The notes under the pieces were generated by a model that saw only the letters and a program-made list of their open reading frames with translations, was not told the origin of the DNA and searched no databases. 64,000 nucleotides of DNA from Kudoa neothunni (lineage: Eukaryota > Animalia > Cnidaria), in contig OZ199838.1 in NCBI GenBank assembly GCA_964304625.1, forward strand, positions 13,679,002 to 13,743,001, given 5' to 3'. Both the position numbers and the translations under genes were made by a program. This document shows positions 26,295-39,273 of the stretch, one piece after another; position 1 is the stretch's first letter, and every line of letters begins with the position of its first letter.

Positions 26295-29200
26295 CCTTCC
26301 GAACGCCTCAAAATTTACTATACAGTTTGTGCTTTTTGGGGTCTATCAAACCCCATGTTTTTATTGGTTCATTAAGGGCGGGAATTTTTTTAAGCTAGTA
26401 TGTCAATTTGGAAAAAATTCTATCGATGAATTTAGACACTACTGTAAAAACATGACATAACGACTTTATCAAGAGGGATTAATCATTAATGTGCCAACGG
26501 TAAAATTAACTGTATATTAAAGTTGGTTCGTTCCAATCTTGTGGAATAATCATTGTTTTTTATTCACAAAATAAATTGATTTCAACTTGCTATTGATGGT
26601 TTCTTATAAAATATAGCAGATGTCCTAATAAGTATTGTTAATTGTTTACGCATATTTTTAATTCGGCTTTTCGTTCGAAAAATATTCTATTATTATACGT
26701 AAAAATAAAAATTGACATATTAAATTAACAAATTTGATACAATTGATTAATGGTTCAAACGAATCTGGAAATGTTTACGACAACACAAATTTTAATTGAT
26801 ATTTATATTATGTTAGCTGAGGTAAAATAACAGAAAAGCACTATCATAACACATTAAATGTTATTTTCTTTTGAGCAATCAACGCCGAGAAACCGAGAGC
26901 TTTTTTACAACAAAGCCCTAGACAAAGAATGCACGAATTCATTGTTTTTCAACTACTGTTTTTAGGTATGACACAAGATCTAAAACAATATTTTCTCCAA
27001 AACATTTAGCTTTTTGGTTATTTTGTTTACCCATGTAGACAGAAATATTACGGTAAAAGCTAGTTGATGTGTCAACAAACCAGAATAATTTGATTCCGTA
27101 GACTGTCAGTTTATAAGGCATGTATTGTATGAAAGGATATTTCCTTCTAGAAGAAATTAACTGTTCATCAGCTGTTAAATTTGAACAGGGTATCAGGCAT
27201 AAGTTATCAGTTTTTTTTCGGTTGTGTTTGCATAATAACCAAAAAGGAGTCTTCGTAATTTCAATCAATCTTCTCAAAAGCATGACATTTTGAAATATTT
27301 CTCTACTTTTCTTTATTTTAAAATGTTTTTAAAAACTCCAATCGAGATTTCAATATTATCATATAACTCAGTACACCTATTTGGGCCCAACATTTTTGAT
27401 TTAAAAACTGATTCCAGCAACGACTGTAATGATATGGACCAAATGTATTTGTATTCCATATTAAGGTTTCATGAACGCCACCACGAAAAAATATATCTGA
27501 GCGTTCCGAAAATTCCTGTATTCTACGAGTTAAATAAGCAGTAACACCAGGGGCATCGTTCACAATATTTTCTGTGCACGCTTTGGTGTTTTTAGGATTT
27601 CAATGGAACACATTCGCCATTTTTGTCTGAATATACAGCCGAGATTGGATATTGCGTAATTAGAGATTTTCAGCGTTATCCTTTAAAGAGAGAAATTTAA
27701 TTTTTTTAAATTGTTGTTATCTCATTATAATGTAAAAATATTGGTTAACAAAAAATTTATTAATACCAAAAGTCTCGTTATTGCGTGGTTTTTTTGTGGT
27801 CAATTGGTTTAAATCAAATAGTGTTTTTTCATTATGTCCCGTGAACAACGCAATATTTCAGAGAAAATGGAAATCATCCATTACTATAATTCAATAAAAA
27901 CGTTGAAGGGTGCGAAATCAATGACGATTTCCAAGTTTAAATTGAGTGGTAAAGTAGTCTTCTATTGAATAATAATATAAAATCATATTTAAGGTCATTC
28001 AACATTTGATAGAATTCTTTCGCACGAAGATAAATTCCAAAATACAGATATTGAAAGTAAAAGGAAGAGACATTCGGCAGGCAGATTCAAAAATATAGAC
28101 GATGAAGTGTATGATTGGTTTGTTAAACAACGGTCGAATGGTAACGTTCTGTCGAGAGATGCCATTATCAAAAGGGTTTCTTATATTGCAAATGGGAACA
28201 AAGTTTCCAATTTTAAGGCCAGCAAGGGATACCTCTCAGGGTTCAAGTCAAGATATGGGATAGTTTTCAAAAAGTTACATGGCGTGGCTGCGAGTGCAGG
28301 TGTTGCGTCTGTCAATTCATGGATTATTGAAAACATTGATTTGATTAGAGCATATAATCCAAAAGACGTTATTAACATCAACGAAACTGCTCTTTATTAT
28401 GAGCAGTTACAAAATAGTAGTTACCTTTTAAAGGAGGAAGCCGGAATTAAGGGGAAAAAATTATCCAAAAAAGGGTGACTGTTCTCGAGGTAATATTTAA
28501 CGTATACCAAATTAATTTTTTCTAGATGAAATCGAAGATTCAGAAAATATGTTTGATGATGATTATGAAGCAACAGGTGAGGAAGAAAATAATGAGAACT
28601 TATTGCCCATAAGTGACGAATCTGACGATAGCGAGTCAATCGTTGAAGACATCAAAATTGCAATTAAACAAATGAAAAATGCAGTGAACGTTCTGAGAGA
28701 AGCTTTTATTAAAGAAAATCCGACGGGATTGTTTGATTTACATCCCATAATGGACCAAGTTTTAAAAATATCAAGAAAAAGATTCCGACAAACTAAAATT
28801 ACAAGCTTTTTCGACAAAATTTGATAAATCACATTTAATTTAATTAAATAATATATTTTTATTTAAAAAATTGATTTTCACTAATTGGCACCCGACGTAA
28901 ACACAAAAAATCGTATTTTATAGTGCAGTGCGCACGCAATACTTATCTCGACTGTATATTTGGAGTCAACGTCATTATCATAGAATTCGAAATGCACTGA
29001 AAAGTTATGATTACATTGTAATATATTAATGGGTTTGTTGTCATCGCTTTCGTAATTTTCATAATTTATATCATCCGAGGCGCTCGTATTTCTAGAGATG
29101 TTCTCGCCATTTCTCGCAGAATATCGTCGATACTTGTTTACTTATTTTCTCTTAATTTGTACGGTAGAATCTGCTTTAATTTTGATATGATGCATAAGGT

Positions 29201-29444
29201 AATTTTTACAGTCGTTTAATCCTATAAAATTGTGGGGTCTAATAGGCTACCAAAAGTACAAAGTGTATAAAGTATATTTATATCTCTTATAACTTTAATC
29301 TTTTTATAAAATAACTGATTATAATATTCATATGTATATTTTAGGAGAATACATGGGATATAAATCGTGTTTGATTCCAAAAAGTACAAAGAATTCTTAT
29401 CACAAAATGCTTCGGGGTCTATTAGACCCCAAATCGCTCGGAAG
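26295..29444 (-). mobile_element. piggyBac transposon with a decayed transposase (~26850-27600) and a nested Tigger element
   Basis: TTAA TSD on both sides; TIRs CCTTCCGA(A/G)CG. GGGGT-N7-ACCCC palindromes at 26338 and 29414, degenerate copy at ~29233. ORF LTADEQLISSRRKYPFIQYMPYKLTVYGIKLFW matches the piggyBac DDD motif (DEQLLGFRGRCPFRMYIPNKPSKYGIK). Confidence 0.9.
27636..28954 (+). mobile_element. Tigger/pogo element, internally deleted, with an intron-containing transposase (ATG 27834 to TGA 28824)
   Basis: TA TSD. TIRs CAGCCGAGATTGGATATTGCGT and (rc) CAGTCGAGATAAGTATTGCGT. CENP-B-type HTH (VYDWFVKQR, FKASKGYLSGFKSRYGI), start of the DDE domain (NINETALYY), acidic tail and a C-terminal PIP box QTKITSFF. 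Confidence 0.88.
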
Positions 29445-29752
29445 GTTAAATAATTTTTTACTAATATCAGTAAAAATATATAATTTAATGTCCTCATTCT
29501 AAAACAAATATTTTATAATTATAAAATGGTTTTATTAACCATATACCAAACAATTTATGTCCAATTTGTTTGTTGGAATCCAAAAGTGGGGAAATAATTT
29601 TGTTCTTTTATAAATTTCTATATCGGCTTAATATATGTTTAATCAGAATTTCTGTTTATGAAAATACTATAAAAATAAGGATTTTAAAAATTTTTGGGTG
29701 TACTAATTTCACGTTTATTACGAAACTACTTCTTATCTGACAGGAAATATGA

Positions 29753-30020
29753 CAGGGATAGCCAAACTGCGGGTTGCGAGCCGTATATGAATTTTGGTAG
29801 TTAAAATGCAGCTCTTGAAAAATTTATACTTGATATATTGCTTCATTAAATTTTGCGTATAAAGTCATTTGAATATTTTGAATATCGTAGGATAATGCAT
29901 ACATCATGAATTAAAATTTAAAGCAAAAGTATGTATATATATATATATATAATAAAACCTCAAAAAAATTTGAAGCTCAGCAAATGCGGCTCACATTTTA
30001 AGCAAGTCGGGTCACCGCTG
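29753..30020 (+). mobile_element. hAT (Buster/Charlie-like) MITE, same family as 9115-9422
   Basis: Ends CAGGGATAGCCAAAC and GTCGGGTCACCGCTG. 8-bp TSD aaatatga/caatatga. Confidence 0.8.
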
Positions 30021-30399
30021 CAATATGAGATTTTTCTACCTCGTATAAAAATAGCTGAATTATAAAATTTAGTTTTTAAAATTATATAGTCATAAAATAT
30101 ATCAGTTATTGTTTTGAATCCAGCTAAAAATCCGTTCGCGATTTTTAACATTGGCTAACTACTTTAATATTCTAACATTTAATATCGAGGTTTTATACTT
30201 GAAATGATCATAAACGATTCCACAATATGAGTGTTAAAATGTTAACCTCGACGATTTTTATACCATAATGTATAAATTCCATTATTACATCCGCTAATAA
30301 TTTGAGGAATCTTAATATTGTATATACCAATCAACAAACATTTCAATCGTATTTTTATTCTTGAACAATTAGTAGTTGTAAACCAAAGTTTTTCCATTA

Positions 30400-32300
30400 C
30401 ATGCCATCATTATTCAAAAAATTGAAATTTCCTATTATTGAAAATTTTGAAAGGGATAGACTTTGAATGTTATGGGGGAGTTACGCGCGGAAAAGATACG
30501 ATGCATGCACATCGTATCATTTTCAATAAAACGAGTGTGAGTGAAAACCTAACTTACGAACTTCTTAAGGCAAAGGAAGATAAATAATTTTCTTATTATT
30601 CTAATCATTTTTGTTTTTGATTATAAAAATGCGAATATTCCACGTTGGAGATGTCAAATAAGGACACGTATAGGAAGGATGAGATCATCTTCAACGAATG
30701 AAATTAAATCTATTTGAAAGTTCGGATTTCATTTTTATATTGTAAATGATGAAGACAAAGATAAGAGAAATTCATACATTTACGTATAAAAATTAATATA
30801 ACTGAAAATTTTGTATACCCTACAGTTAAAGTTTAAAAATTATAGTGTAGTCTTTAATAATGAAAACCTACTTGATATTCCGAATATGCCAAAAACCCAA
30901 ATATATAAAAGAATCTGGAATACTCCTAGGCGAAAAAATATTGGAGCAAGTTTATACTTGATTTTAATGATAATAACACATTTATTATTTTCATAACCGA
31001 GAGAAATCTGATATATTTCAAATATTGTGATTATTTGATTATTGTATCGTTGATGACACATTCAGAGTTGTTTCCAAAGAATTCTTCCGGCTGTATACTA
31101 TCCATAGCACTCTTTGTAATAAAGTCTTTCCTCTTGTCATTATATATTAATGAAAGATAAATCACAAAAAAGCTGTACAAAAGTATTCGAAATGCTTAAG
31201 GGAAATGACATATAAAAACTTCTAAAAAATATAATTATGGATCTCAAAATGTCCACCTATACTTCTTTTGCAAGGCAATCACATAGTTAGGTCCATTTTT
31301 GTTTGTTTCACTTGGAACAAGGTGTGTATAAAAAGATTCAAAAACTAGGCTTATTCCAATATTATGATTGTGATATCAATTTGGGGATGTTTGTAAAATT
31401 TATTACGTCTCTAATATTTATCATAATGGATTAAGCAAAGAAGAAATTCGAAAAATTCAAAACAGGGGTCGGCAACCAACGGTCCCGAGGCTTAATCCGA
31501 CCTGTCAGTTATTTCTATCGGCCCACAATGCATTGACTGGCATAAAAAATTTTCTTATTATCTAAAATATCCAAATAATTTTTATGTTGTTATTTATATC
31601 GTTTTTCTAAACGTTAATATGTTTTCGATGTAAAAAATTAAGCCGACTCAAATTAATTTTTATTAAATCAGAAAACCTGAATAAATATGATTGTTAAAAT
31701 TAGTTCAATAAAAGTAAAAAATATTTTAAAAAAGGAATATAGGTATATCTCACGTTACTTTACCTAGTCCAATAAATCGTTTATTCACATGTTGAGCACG
31801 AGTTGATTACATTGCAAATGGAAATTATTTAAATATAATACTTTAGATTTGACGTAATTTTATAGTTTTAATAACTTTTATAAATTCTTATTTACGTTTT
31901 TAAATTCAAACTTTGAATTAAGAATAATTTAACATTTTAGTAGATTAATTATATTAGGGTCCGCATTAGAATTGGGGTGTTTGTTTGGCCGTCACTCAAA
32001 AATTTGTCGAGCTCTGACTTAAAACGAGATACACAAATTTTAGTGACATAGTCAATATCAATTTATGTATGGCTTATTTCGAAAGAGACCGTATCATAAA
32101 TCGTAAATATCCATTATAATCATGGAATGGAATGCTTTTGACAAGTTAATGTGAAACTTTCATTTAACATCTAATTCTGCAGAGATATGAAACAGACACT
32201 TCTACCCCCGTTTGAGCACTCTCACACTGGAATACATAAATTTATTCGAAAATCGTAAGAATATCAAAGTGAAGTTTAAAAATGCATGTCTATCAAATTT
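30400..32300 (+). mobile_element. Decayed Mutator-like (MULE) transposase interrupted by a hAT MITE (boundaries approximate)
   Basis: Fragments IVDDTFRVVSKEFFRLYTIH (cf. DGTF..P..F.QLYTIH), CLFHLEQGVYKKIQKLGL (CxFH motif) and WNAFD...TSNSAE (cf. TNNxxE). Confidence 0.75.
31463..32016. mobile_element. hAT MITE inserted in the MULE remnant
   Basis: Ends CAGGGGTCGGCAAC and TTTGTCGAGCTCTG. TSD attcaaaa/acttaaaa (6/8). MULE coding similarity resumes on both sides. Confidence 0.7.
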
Positions 32301-32399
32301 TTCAGCTCAACTTTTGATTTACATAAAAAGGCTATAGCAAAATTTTAAAACCTGATATGTCAAAATAACGGTAAATACCATGAAACAATGTTTTTGGAG

Positions 32400-33750
32400 A
32401 TTATCGTAAAGATTTACAATTGGAATATAATTAAAATTTATTGTAATTTGTTTATTCTAACGTCTTTTTTTATATTTGTTTATAATGACGTATGTGCATT
32501 CGGTGAATTCACATAAAATCTCTACGTTTGAACTACATTAGGTAATCGATTTTCCATACTTTTTTTAATGCGTTCGCGAGCAATTAAAATATTTTGTGTT
32601 GATGTAATATAATTAAGTTCACAATTATTAACGTTTAGAAAGATTTTTTTTTCTTTTAAAATAAATTGGAGAAAATCTGGTGGTTATGTATTTAGATCGG
32701 TATCATATTCAATAAGGAGGTTTTTAACCGAAATACTTTTGTAGCGAGACTTTGAAAAACAAATTATTCGTTGACTGAGAGATAATAGTTAACTTGGTGA
32801 ATTTTTTGACAAATACAAGAATGACATTATATAATTTAGTTTCATGGTTAAAAGTTGAGCTACAAAGACACATACAATTGTTAGCAATATTTTTGAATTA
32901 CTACTTTAACAAATTAGATATATTTTAAACGTTTCATCGCCACTTTTGCTTTCTTATTTAACTCAAATGAAATGAGTAAATTTTCATTGCCATTAAAAAC
33001 TCGTTAATTCTTGTGATGACTAATCAAAGAACGATCTGAACAACTATCAGAAGTGGACGTATAAAATTAGCTCATAAATAATTTTAGATATTTTTTCTAG
33101 ATTTGAATTGGATTCCAGGCGTAAATCAAATTTTATCTTAAAAAATTTATACATATTAAAATTATTTGGCATTGATTTGTTGATTGAATAGTGTAGTTTT
33201 ATATGAATTGTACAAAAATTGCCGGGTAGAAGATTTTTGAAGCAATAGCACTCAATTTGTTCTACCAGTTATGGTAACAGTTTTGAGTGCATAAATGGCC
33301 ACCCAAGAAAACTGACTATTTTTAAATTAATGCGCGATCTAAAACCATTAAATGGTCTGTAAGTAATAAAATTGTTAAAACTGAATTCCTTTACTAATTT
33401 TTTTTAGGTATTTAGTCATCTGTAATAAATCGGTTTTCTTAACTCTAATGCCTGGAATCAATAATAAACTATAGCGTAAAAATTATTATTTCACCAATTT
33501 TCCAGAATGTTTCTTTTGAGTTAATCCAATCTTATTTTACTCGGGGAATTCAATTCGGCATCATTGTTTCAGCAGTTTTCCAAGCAGAAATAGGCACGAG
33601 ATCAAAATCGCCCCAAAATATAATAAATCTTACTACCGGTTTTTATTCGCGATTTTTTTACAAATGGGGAAATAATAAACCTCTCTGCATGTCTAAATTA
33701 TTTATAATGTTATCATGGATGTAGTTAATTAAAAACAAAGGATATTGAAA
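32400..33750 (-). mobile_element. Possible highly decayed non-LTR retrotransposon (APE endonuclease region)
   Basis: Only a short GDF-type motif at ~33600-33625 (cf. the APE GDFN motif) in otherwise stop-ridden sequence. Confidence 0.25.
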
Positions 33751-34122
33751 ATTAGGGTTGGATCTGAAAAGTTAAGTAAAATCGATAATCCCTATTTTAT
33801 AAAAAACCCTTATAAATTATTTTTTTCGTTGAATTTTTAATTTTAATTGCATAAAATAAACTTTCCTAATTTACAGAAATAGTTTTAACTCTGATAATTA
33901 TATATAAGAGAAGAAAAAGTAAAAGTACGTAACATCGGTCACTACAGAAAATAGATTACCTACTGTATTATTTTTTTAAAATTATGTCAACATTTTTAGC
34001 TCATCAACAACATAATGTCTCGGAAAATACTAAAGAAATATTTTGAATTAATAACTTTACTAATAAAAATATGACAACGCATAAAAATAAAAAATTATAT
34101 TTACACAACAACGTAAAAAATT

Positions 34123-35496
34123 CTAAAATTCAGTATTCTTTCCGTTGATACCATTTTGATTTATAGTAAATAGACAATGGATCGGTGTAGAATGATGGTT
34201 GTTGGAGAATACAACTTTCAAAATTCGTGGTGTACCTTCGATTGCTTCAATAGGTGCCGTCATCTGATATATTTGATAAAAATTACTTCAACAACGTTAA
34301 TTAAAAATACCGAAGAATCTGAGAGTTTTGAAGTTTCTTTGATAAACACATCGAATTCCGGAGATTGAGCAGAATCAAGTGGATATAGTCGTTTTAGAAA
34401 AATTCGTGTATTCAAAATATTAGACCAACTAAGACCGAGACAGGGACCGATTCCAACTTTAGTTCTACTCAAACAAAAAAATGTTAGAACGTTAAAATAA
34501 AATGTGATTTTTGAGTTAACATTCAAAAATACCCTTCATCAAAATTATCAACAACTTGATTAATAGAAATCATGGTTAGCTGTCTATTGTGTATGACATT
34601 GATTGACTTCACGCAATCAGAAAATAATCTTTTGAACAATGCGAAATATTTTGTTCTCAGTCTGGTAGTGTAGGGTTCATTTTGTGAGGTTAAACGTGCA
34701 CAACCAGCAATCGAATCCACGACAATTAAATCGATTGGAAACCTGACCAACTTTTTCTTGATCTTTGCCAAGCAATCACAAACTTGATGCTTCAACAAAT
34801 GCTAATATATAATAGAACAGCTATAATCAACTACCAAATCGACAGCATGATAAATAAGAATTCTGTCTAAATATTGGCGTAGCTTATTAGACGGTAGTTG
34901 ATAACGATGTTCGAATAATTGAGCCAATCGCGTTATAGGAAAAGCATCATCTGTGCATACATAACACACAACTAGCTATTATTTTAAATAAATTAACTTT
35001 AAAATTTTTGTACATGAGGTGGGATTGGAATAGACTAAATTGGCGGATATTTGTAAACAAAATTGTGTTTTTCCACTTCCACATTCACCGAATATCTCAT
35101 AAATACCACCTTGATGGAAACCACCACCAAGTTTTCTATCCAAAACCTCACATCCTACACTTATCTTATTTCTAATCTAAAATGGTTCCATAAATTTTAT
35201 TTAATATGTAAATTAAAACAATTCTCCATTACAACATTAATTCCAGCAAATAATGGCTGAACATGACAATTTTTTTCCATGTAATGGGATGAAATAATAT
35301 GATAAAACTTTTTCACATCTTCTAACGGAAGATCAGTCTTTTCAGCAATACTAAAAGGATTTGTCTCAACCAATAACTTGTCGACGGTTTTGTATCCCAC
35401 TGGAAAATTAATAATATGTTACATAAACATCCTATAAATACATTTGCTGATAAGTTCTGCAGTTTTGCGGTCGATGTCTTTGTTATTCAGATCCAT
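34123..35496 (-). CDS. XRCC3: RAD51 paralog XRCC3, multi-exon
   Basis: ISVGCEVLDRKLGGG, Walker A GECGSGKT, YVCTDDAFPITRLAQL (XRCC3: YICTEDAFPHKRLQQL), Walker B LIVVDSIA, INQV, PCLGLSWSN and C-terminal RILKVVFS. Short GT-AG introns. Confidence 0.88.
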
Positions 35497-35594
35497 CACA
35501 GAAAACTAGGTGATTACATAGGAAAATACAACAACCACCAAGGAACTCGTTAATCGTCGACACTCCATTGTGCAACGAACTCCGAAGTAGCATC
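35497..35594. promoter_or_regulatory. Putative bidirectional promoter between XRCC3 and DRG1
   Basis: Only 98 bp separate the two divergent start codons. Confidence 0.6.
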
Positions 35595-36887
35595 ATGGCA
35601 GATATTCAAGCTAAGATTGCTGATATCGAGGCCGAAATGGCCAGAACTCAGCGCAATAAAAATACTATGGCCCATTTAGGAATTTTGAAAGCAAGAATTG
35701 CAAAACTAAGACGTGAACTACTAACACCCAAAGGTGGAGGAGGAGGTGGCGGAGAAGGATTCGATGTCGCTAAAACTGGTGATGCAAGAGTGGGTTTCAT
35801 TGGATTCCTTCAGTTGGCAAGTCAACTTTACTATCCAACTTGGCTGGTGTCTATTCAGAAGTATCTTTCTATTTTTTTTTACAACTTTTCGACGGTAGAT
35901 TGATGTTTAATAGGTAGCTGCATACGAGTTCACCACACTCACCACAGTTCCTGGTGTTGTGAGATATAAGGGGGCGAAAATTCAATTGTTGGATCTCCCA
36001 GGTATTATCGAAGGAGCTAAAGATGGTCGTGGTCGTGGAAGACAAGTATATATACATATTTATTTTATCTAATTTTTGCTGTATTTTTGTTGTTGATATT
36101 ATTCCATTGAATTTTTATGTAGGTGATTGGTGTTGCTCGTACTTGTACGCTTATTCTGATAGTGGTTGATGTGTTGAAACCCCTAACCCATAAAAGAATA
36201 ATCGAAAAAGAACTCGAAGGATTTGGTATCAGGTATCGTAGATTTTGTTTTATTGAACGACCACTTATCTTCGGATTTAATTCTGTTTCTAGACTCAACA
36301 AATCTCCACCGGAATTAACTGTCAAAAAACGAGACAAAGGTGGCATCAGTTTGATCACCACGGTTCCTCAATCAACTCTCGACTTGGATACCATTAGAAC
36401 TATTCTGGCTGAGTATAGAATTTGTAGTGCTGAGGTTACACTACGTTGTGACGCCACTGTGGACGATCTTATTGATGTGGTTGAAGGCAATCGAGTCTAT
36501 ATTCCTTGTATTTATGTGTTGAACAAAATCGATCAGATCAGTATTGAAGAGTTGGATATATTGTATCGAATTCCACACTGTGTTCCTATATCTGCTCACC
36601 ATAAATGGAACTTTGATGGACTGCTTGAAAAAATGTGGGAATATCTCGATCTGCTTAGAATATTCACGAAACCTCGAGGACAAATCCCCGATTTTGATTC
36701 GCCTATTGTTCTACCCAACAGACTCTCATTGGTAGAAGATCTCTGCAATTGTATTCATAAAAGTATTCTCAAAGAATTCAAACATGCTGTTGTATGGGGT
36801 TCCTCCGTCAAACACAATCCGCAAAAAGTAGGCAAAGACCATCAACTACATGACGAAGACGTTGTACAAATAATCAAAAAGATCTAA
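35595..36887 (+). CDS. DRG1: Developmentally regulated GTP-binding protein 1 (OBG family); introns 35861-35913, 36046-36122, 36233-36292; apparent 1-nt deletion at ~35806
   Basis: [74 protein letters not shown] and TGS-domain end [10 protein letters not shown]. Confidence 0.96.
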
Positions 36888-37328
36888 TTTATATGCCGAG
36901 TAGTTTTTAATCGTTAGCCCCTTACAGTTGCCGCTCTTATCTGTATCATTACACACAGGAATAAATGAAAATTATTGCAGTAGTGTTTAAGTGTGGTTTA
37001 TTTTAAAAACTCGCTTCTATGCTATTTTCTCTTACTTTGCGTGTTCATCGTCTATATATAAATACAATGACGGTGTGAAATAAATTTTTGCGGCTTCAGA
37101 AATAAGTCATAATTAAATTTAAGTCGAAATTACTTCATTGATATGTCAATGTAGTTTATAATAAGACTTTGAGTGTAATCTATTTAATAGTCATTATTGA
37201 TTTATTTCAATTAGGTATAACATAATATTAAAATAAAATAATAATGCATACAAAACTTATTGGTAGTTACTAATAGCTCGTAAATTTACATTCTCTAATA
37301 AGAGAGAGAGAGAGAGGCTGAAGATTAT

Positions 37329-37392
37329 TGGTACGGGGTGTCTGGTCATTACACTCGGGCATTCCTTAGGTCGCGAATTCAATCCCGCTCTA
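37329..37392 (+). mobile_element. Degenerate tRNA-like SINE head, possibly related to 15110-15410
   Basis: Shares acactcgggc with the SINE head and has a decayed B-box (gaattcaatccc). Follows an (AG)n tract. Confidence 0.4.
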
Positions 37393-37527
37393 ATTGAAAC
37401 CGCCATTTCTATTTTGTATGTTGCGCCTCTATTCCGTAATGGAAACAGTTGTTATAATGTAAACTCATTATTATGTGCGATGTATACATATTTATTATTG
37501 GGGACCATTGGGAAAGTTACATTAGGC

Positions 37528-38000
37528 CAACGATTCTTAACCTGGGGGTCCGTGAGTGATGTCAATAAAACTTGAATCTAATTTTATCGTCATGCATTCT
37601 TTGTAATTAGGTACTTTTTTAACATTAGCGTAGTTATTAAAAATTTGAAATATACCCTTACGCTATTTTTTTCTTGTAAATACTTTATATTTGTTACAAA
37701 ATTATCTTGTGTTTTAGTTTATGTAGTAAAAAAATCCATTAAAAAACAAGTCAATCAGTGGGTTATTTGATAAAACTAAAAATTTCCAAAAAATACTCCT
37801 TGATGTTGCAGACTATGCAATTAGAATGATTACTTCTTTTACAACAGGCTATTATTGCGAAATTAGATTTCCATACTGGTTACCATAACAACAAAGTCAC
37901 GAAATCGCTTATGTGCGTGATGCTCTTTCAAATACTTGTCAGAATTCTGTGAACTTATTGATAAAAAAGAACTACAAAAATCTCATTAAATATTATTTTA
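37528..38000 (+). mobile_element. hAT/Buster deletion remnant
   Basis: TIR-like CAACGATTCTTAACCTGGGGGTCCG. Translation AIRMITSFTTGYYCE...TKSRNRL matches the Buster/ZBED5-type C-terminal PFxSTYLCE..FS...K.RNRL motif. Confidence 0.7.
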
Positions 38001-38465
38001 ATGTTTATTATTTATGTAAAAATGTTTTTGCACTAATCCCACTTTTTATTATATAATAATAGCTTCTTTGTCAACTTTTTTAAACAAGCATAATAATTAA
38101 CGATAATAGAGAGTTTATACGGCAACAATATTGCGATTGTTACAAGAGAATTTTTTATTTTGAAATTTTGTAGACTTTACTTTAAACATTTGCACATTTA
38201 TATGTAATAATTCAACAAATTTTATTCAATTTTTTTATTTAAAATATTATACGTAGTTTTTATATACTTGGTTAGAATATTAATAATTTCTGAAGAAATC
38301 AATTACTGGGAATGATTTCATAGTTGTTAATTTTTTTTGAATACCAAAAATAATTCATGTTTTAGTGATTAAAATTTTTTAATATATATTTAAAACAACC
38401 ACTACATAATTAATTTACATAATAAATATTTTACTAAAATTAGGGATATTTGACAAATAATTTAA

Positions 38466-38617
38466 CCCTTTCGTTCTCAATTTCCCTTTTGCATAGAGAA
38501 TTCTTTAAATTAAACTAATATCAAAATTATATAAAATTTGAATTTTATTGTTTAAAAATAAATAATTTTAAATTGTTTTTAATCCGCCCGTTGAAATGAA
38601 CAATGGGAGCGAAAGGG
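38466..38617. mobile_element. 152-bp piggyBac-like MITE; degenerate sister copy at ~22105-22274
   Basis: TTAA|CCCTTTCGTTCTCAATT at the left end and AATGGGAGCGAAAGGG|TTAA at the right end. Confidence 0.85.
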
Positions 38618-38639
38618 TTAAAATCTTTATATGCACGAT

Positions 38640-39095
38640 TGGATTATGCATCAAAACGAGATGGGGTCCGTACTACGTTCATTGAACTCATTAGGGTAGA
38701 TGTCGGAAACATTTCTTGGTGAGAGAGCCACAAAGGCCACATATTTTTTAAACTTAATTCCATGAGAGCCATACAACATGTTTTGAAACTAAAAAGAAAT
38801 ACACGTGCGCGTTTTATAAAGTTCCACCACTTTAAAGAAAAACAAGTCATTAACTTCTTTTTAATAGAATTTTAACGCTGTTTCTAATCAATGAAGAATC
38901 TTTCTCATCATCAATGCGATTTCGGGTTCTGCGTGGTTTTGCAGATGGCTTTATAATCTGGTCGATACGTTGTAAGATTAAACTTCATACAGGAGTTGAG
39001 ACTTTCCTTCGTTAAGCGTGACCGTAATTTAGTCTTAATGTTTATTAGATGTAGAGAGGTTGCTTATATACATAAATACATACATACATACATAC
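38640..39095 (+). mobile_element. Possible 3' end of a LINE with a (CATA)n tail
   Basis: Ends in tacatacatacatacatac. The preceding sequence is slightly GC-richer with weak resemblance to CR1/L2 C-termini. Confidence 0.3.
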
Positions 39096-39273
39096 GTAGA
39101 GCCAAACATTGTCATTACAGTAATATTCATACGATGCAGTGTGCGGTACAGTAGGTAACCAATTTTCCGTAATGACCATTCCATATTTATTTTCGCAGAG
39201 GAATTTAACGAAAGATTTTTTTAGATTTAAAATTTGGATCACATTTGATATTTGCCCCAAATACTATTATAAC

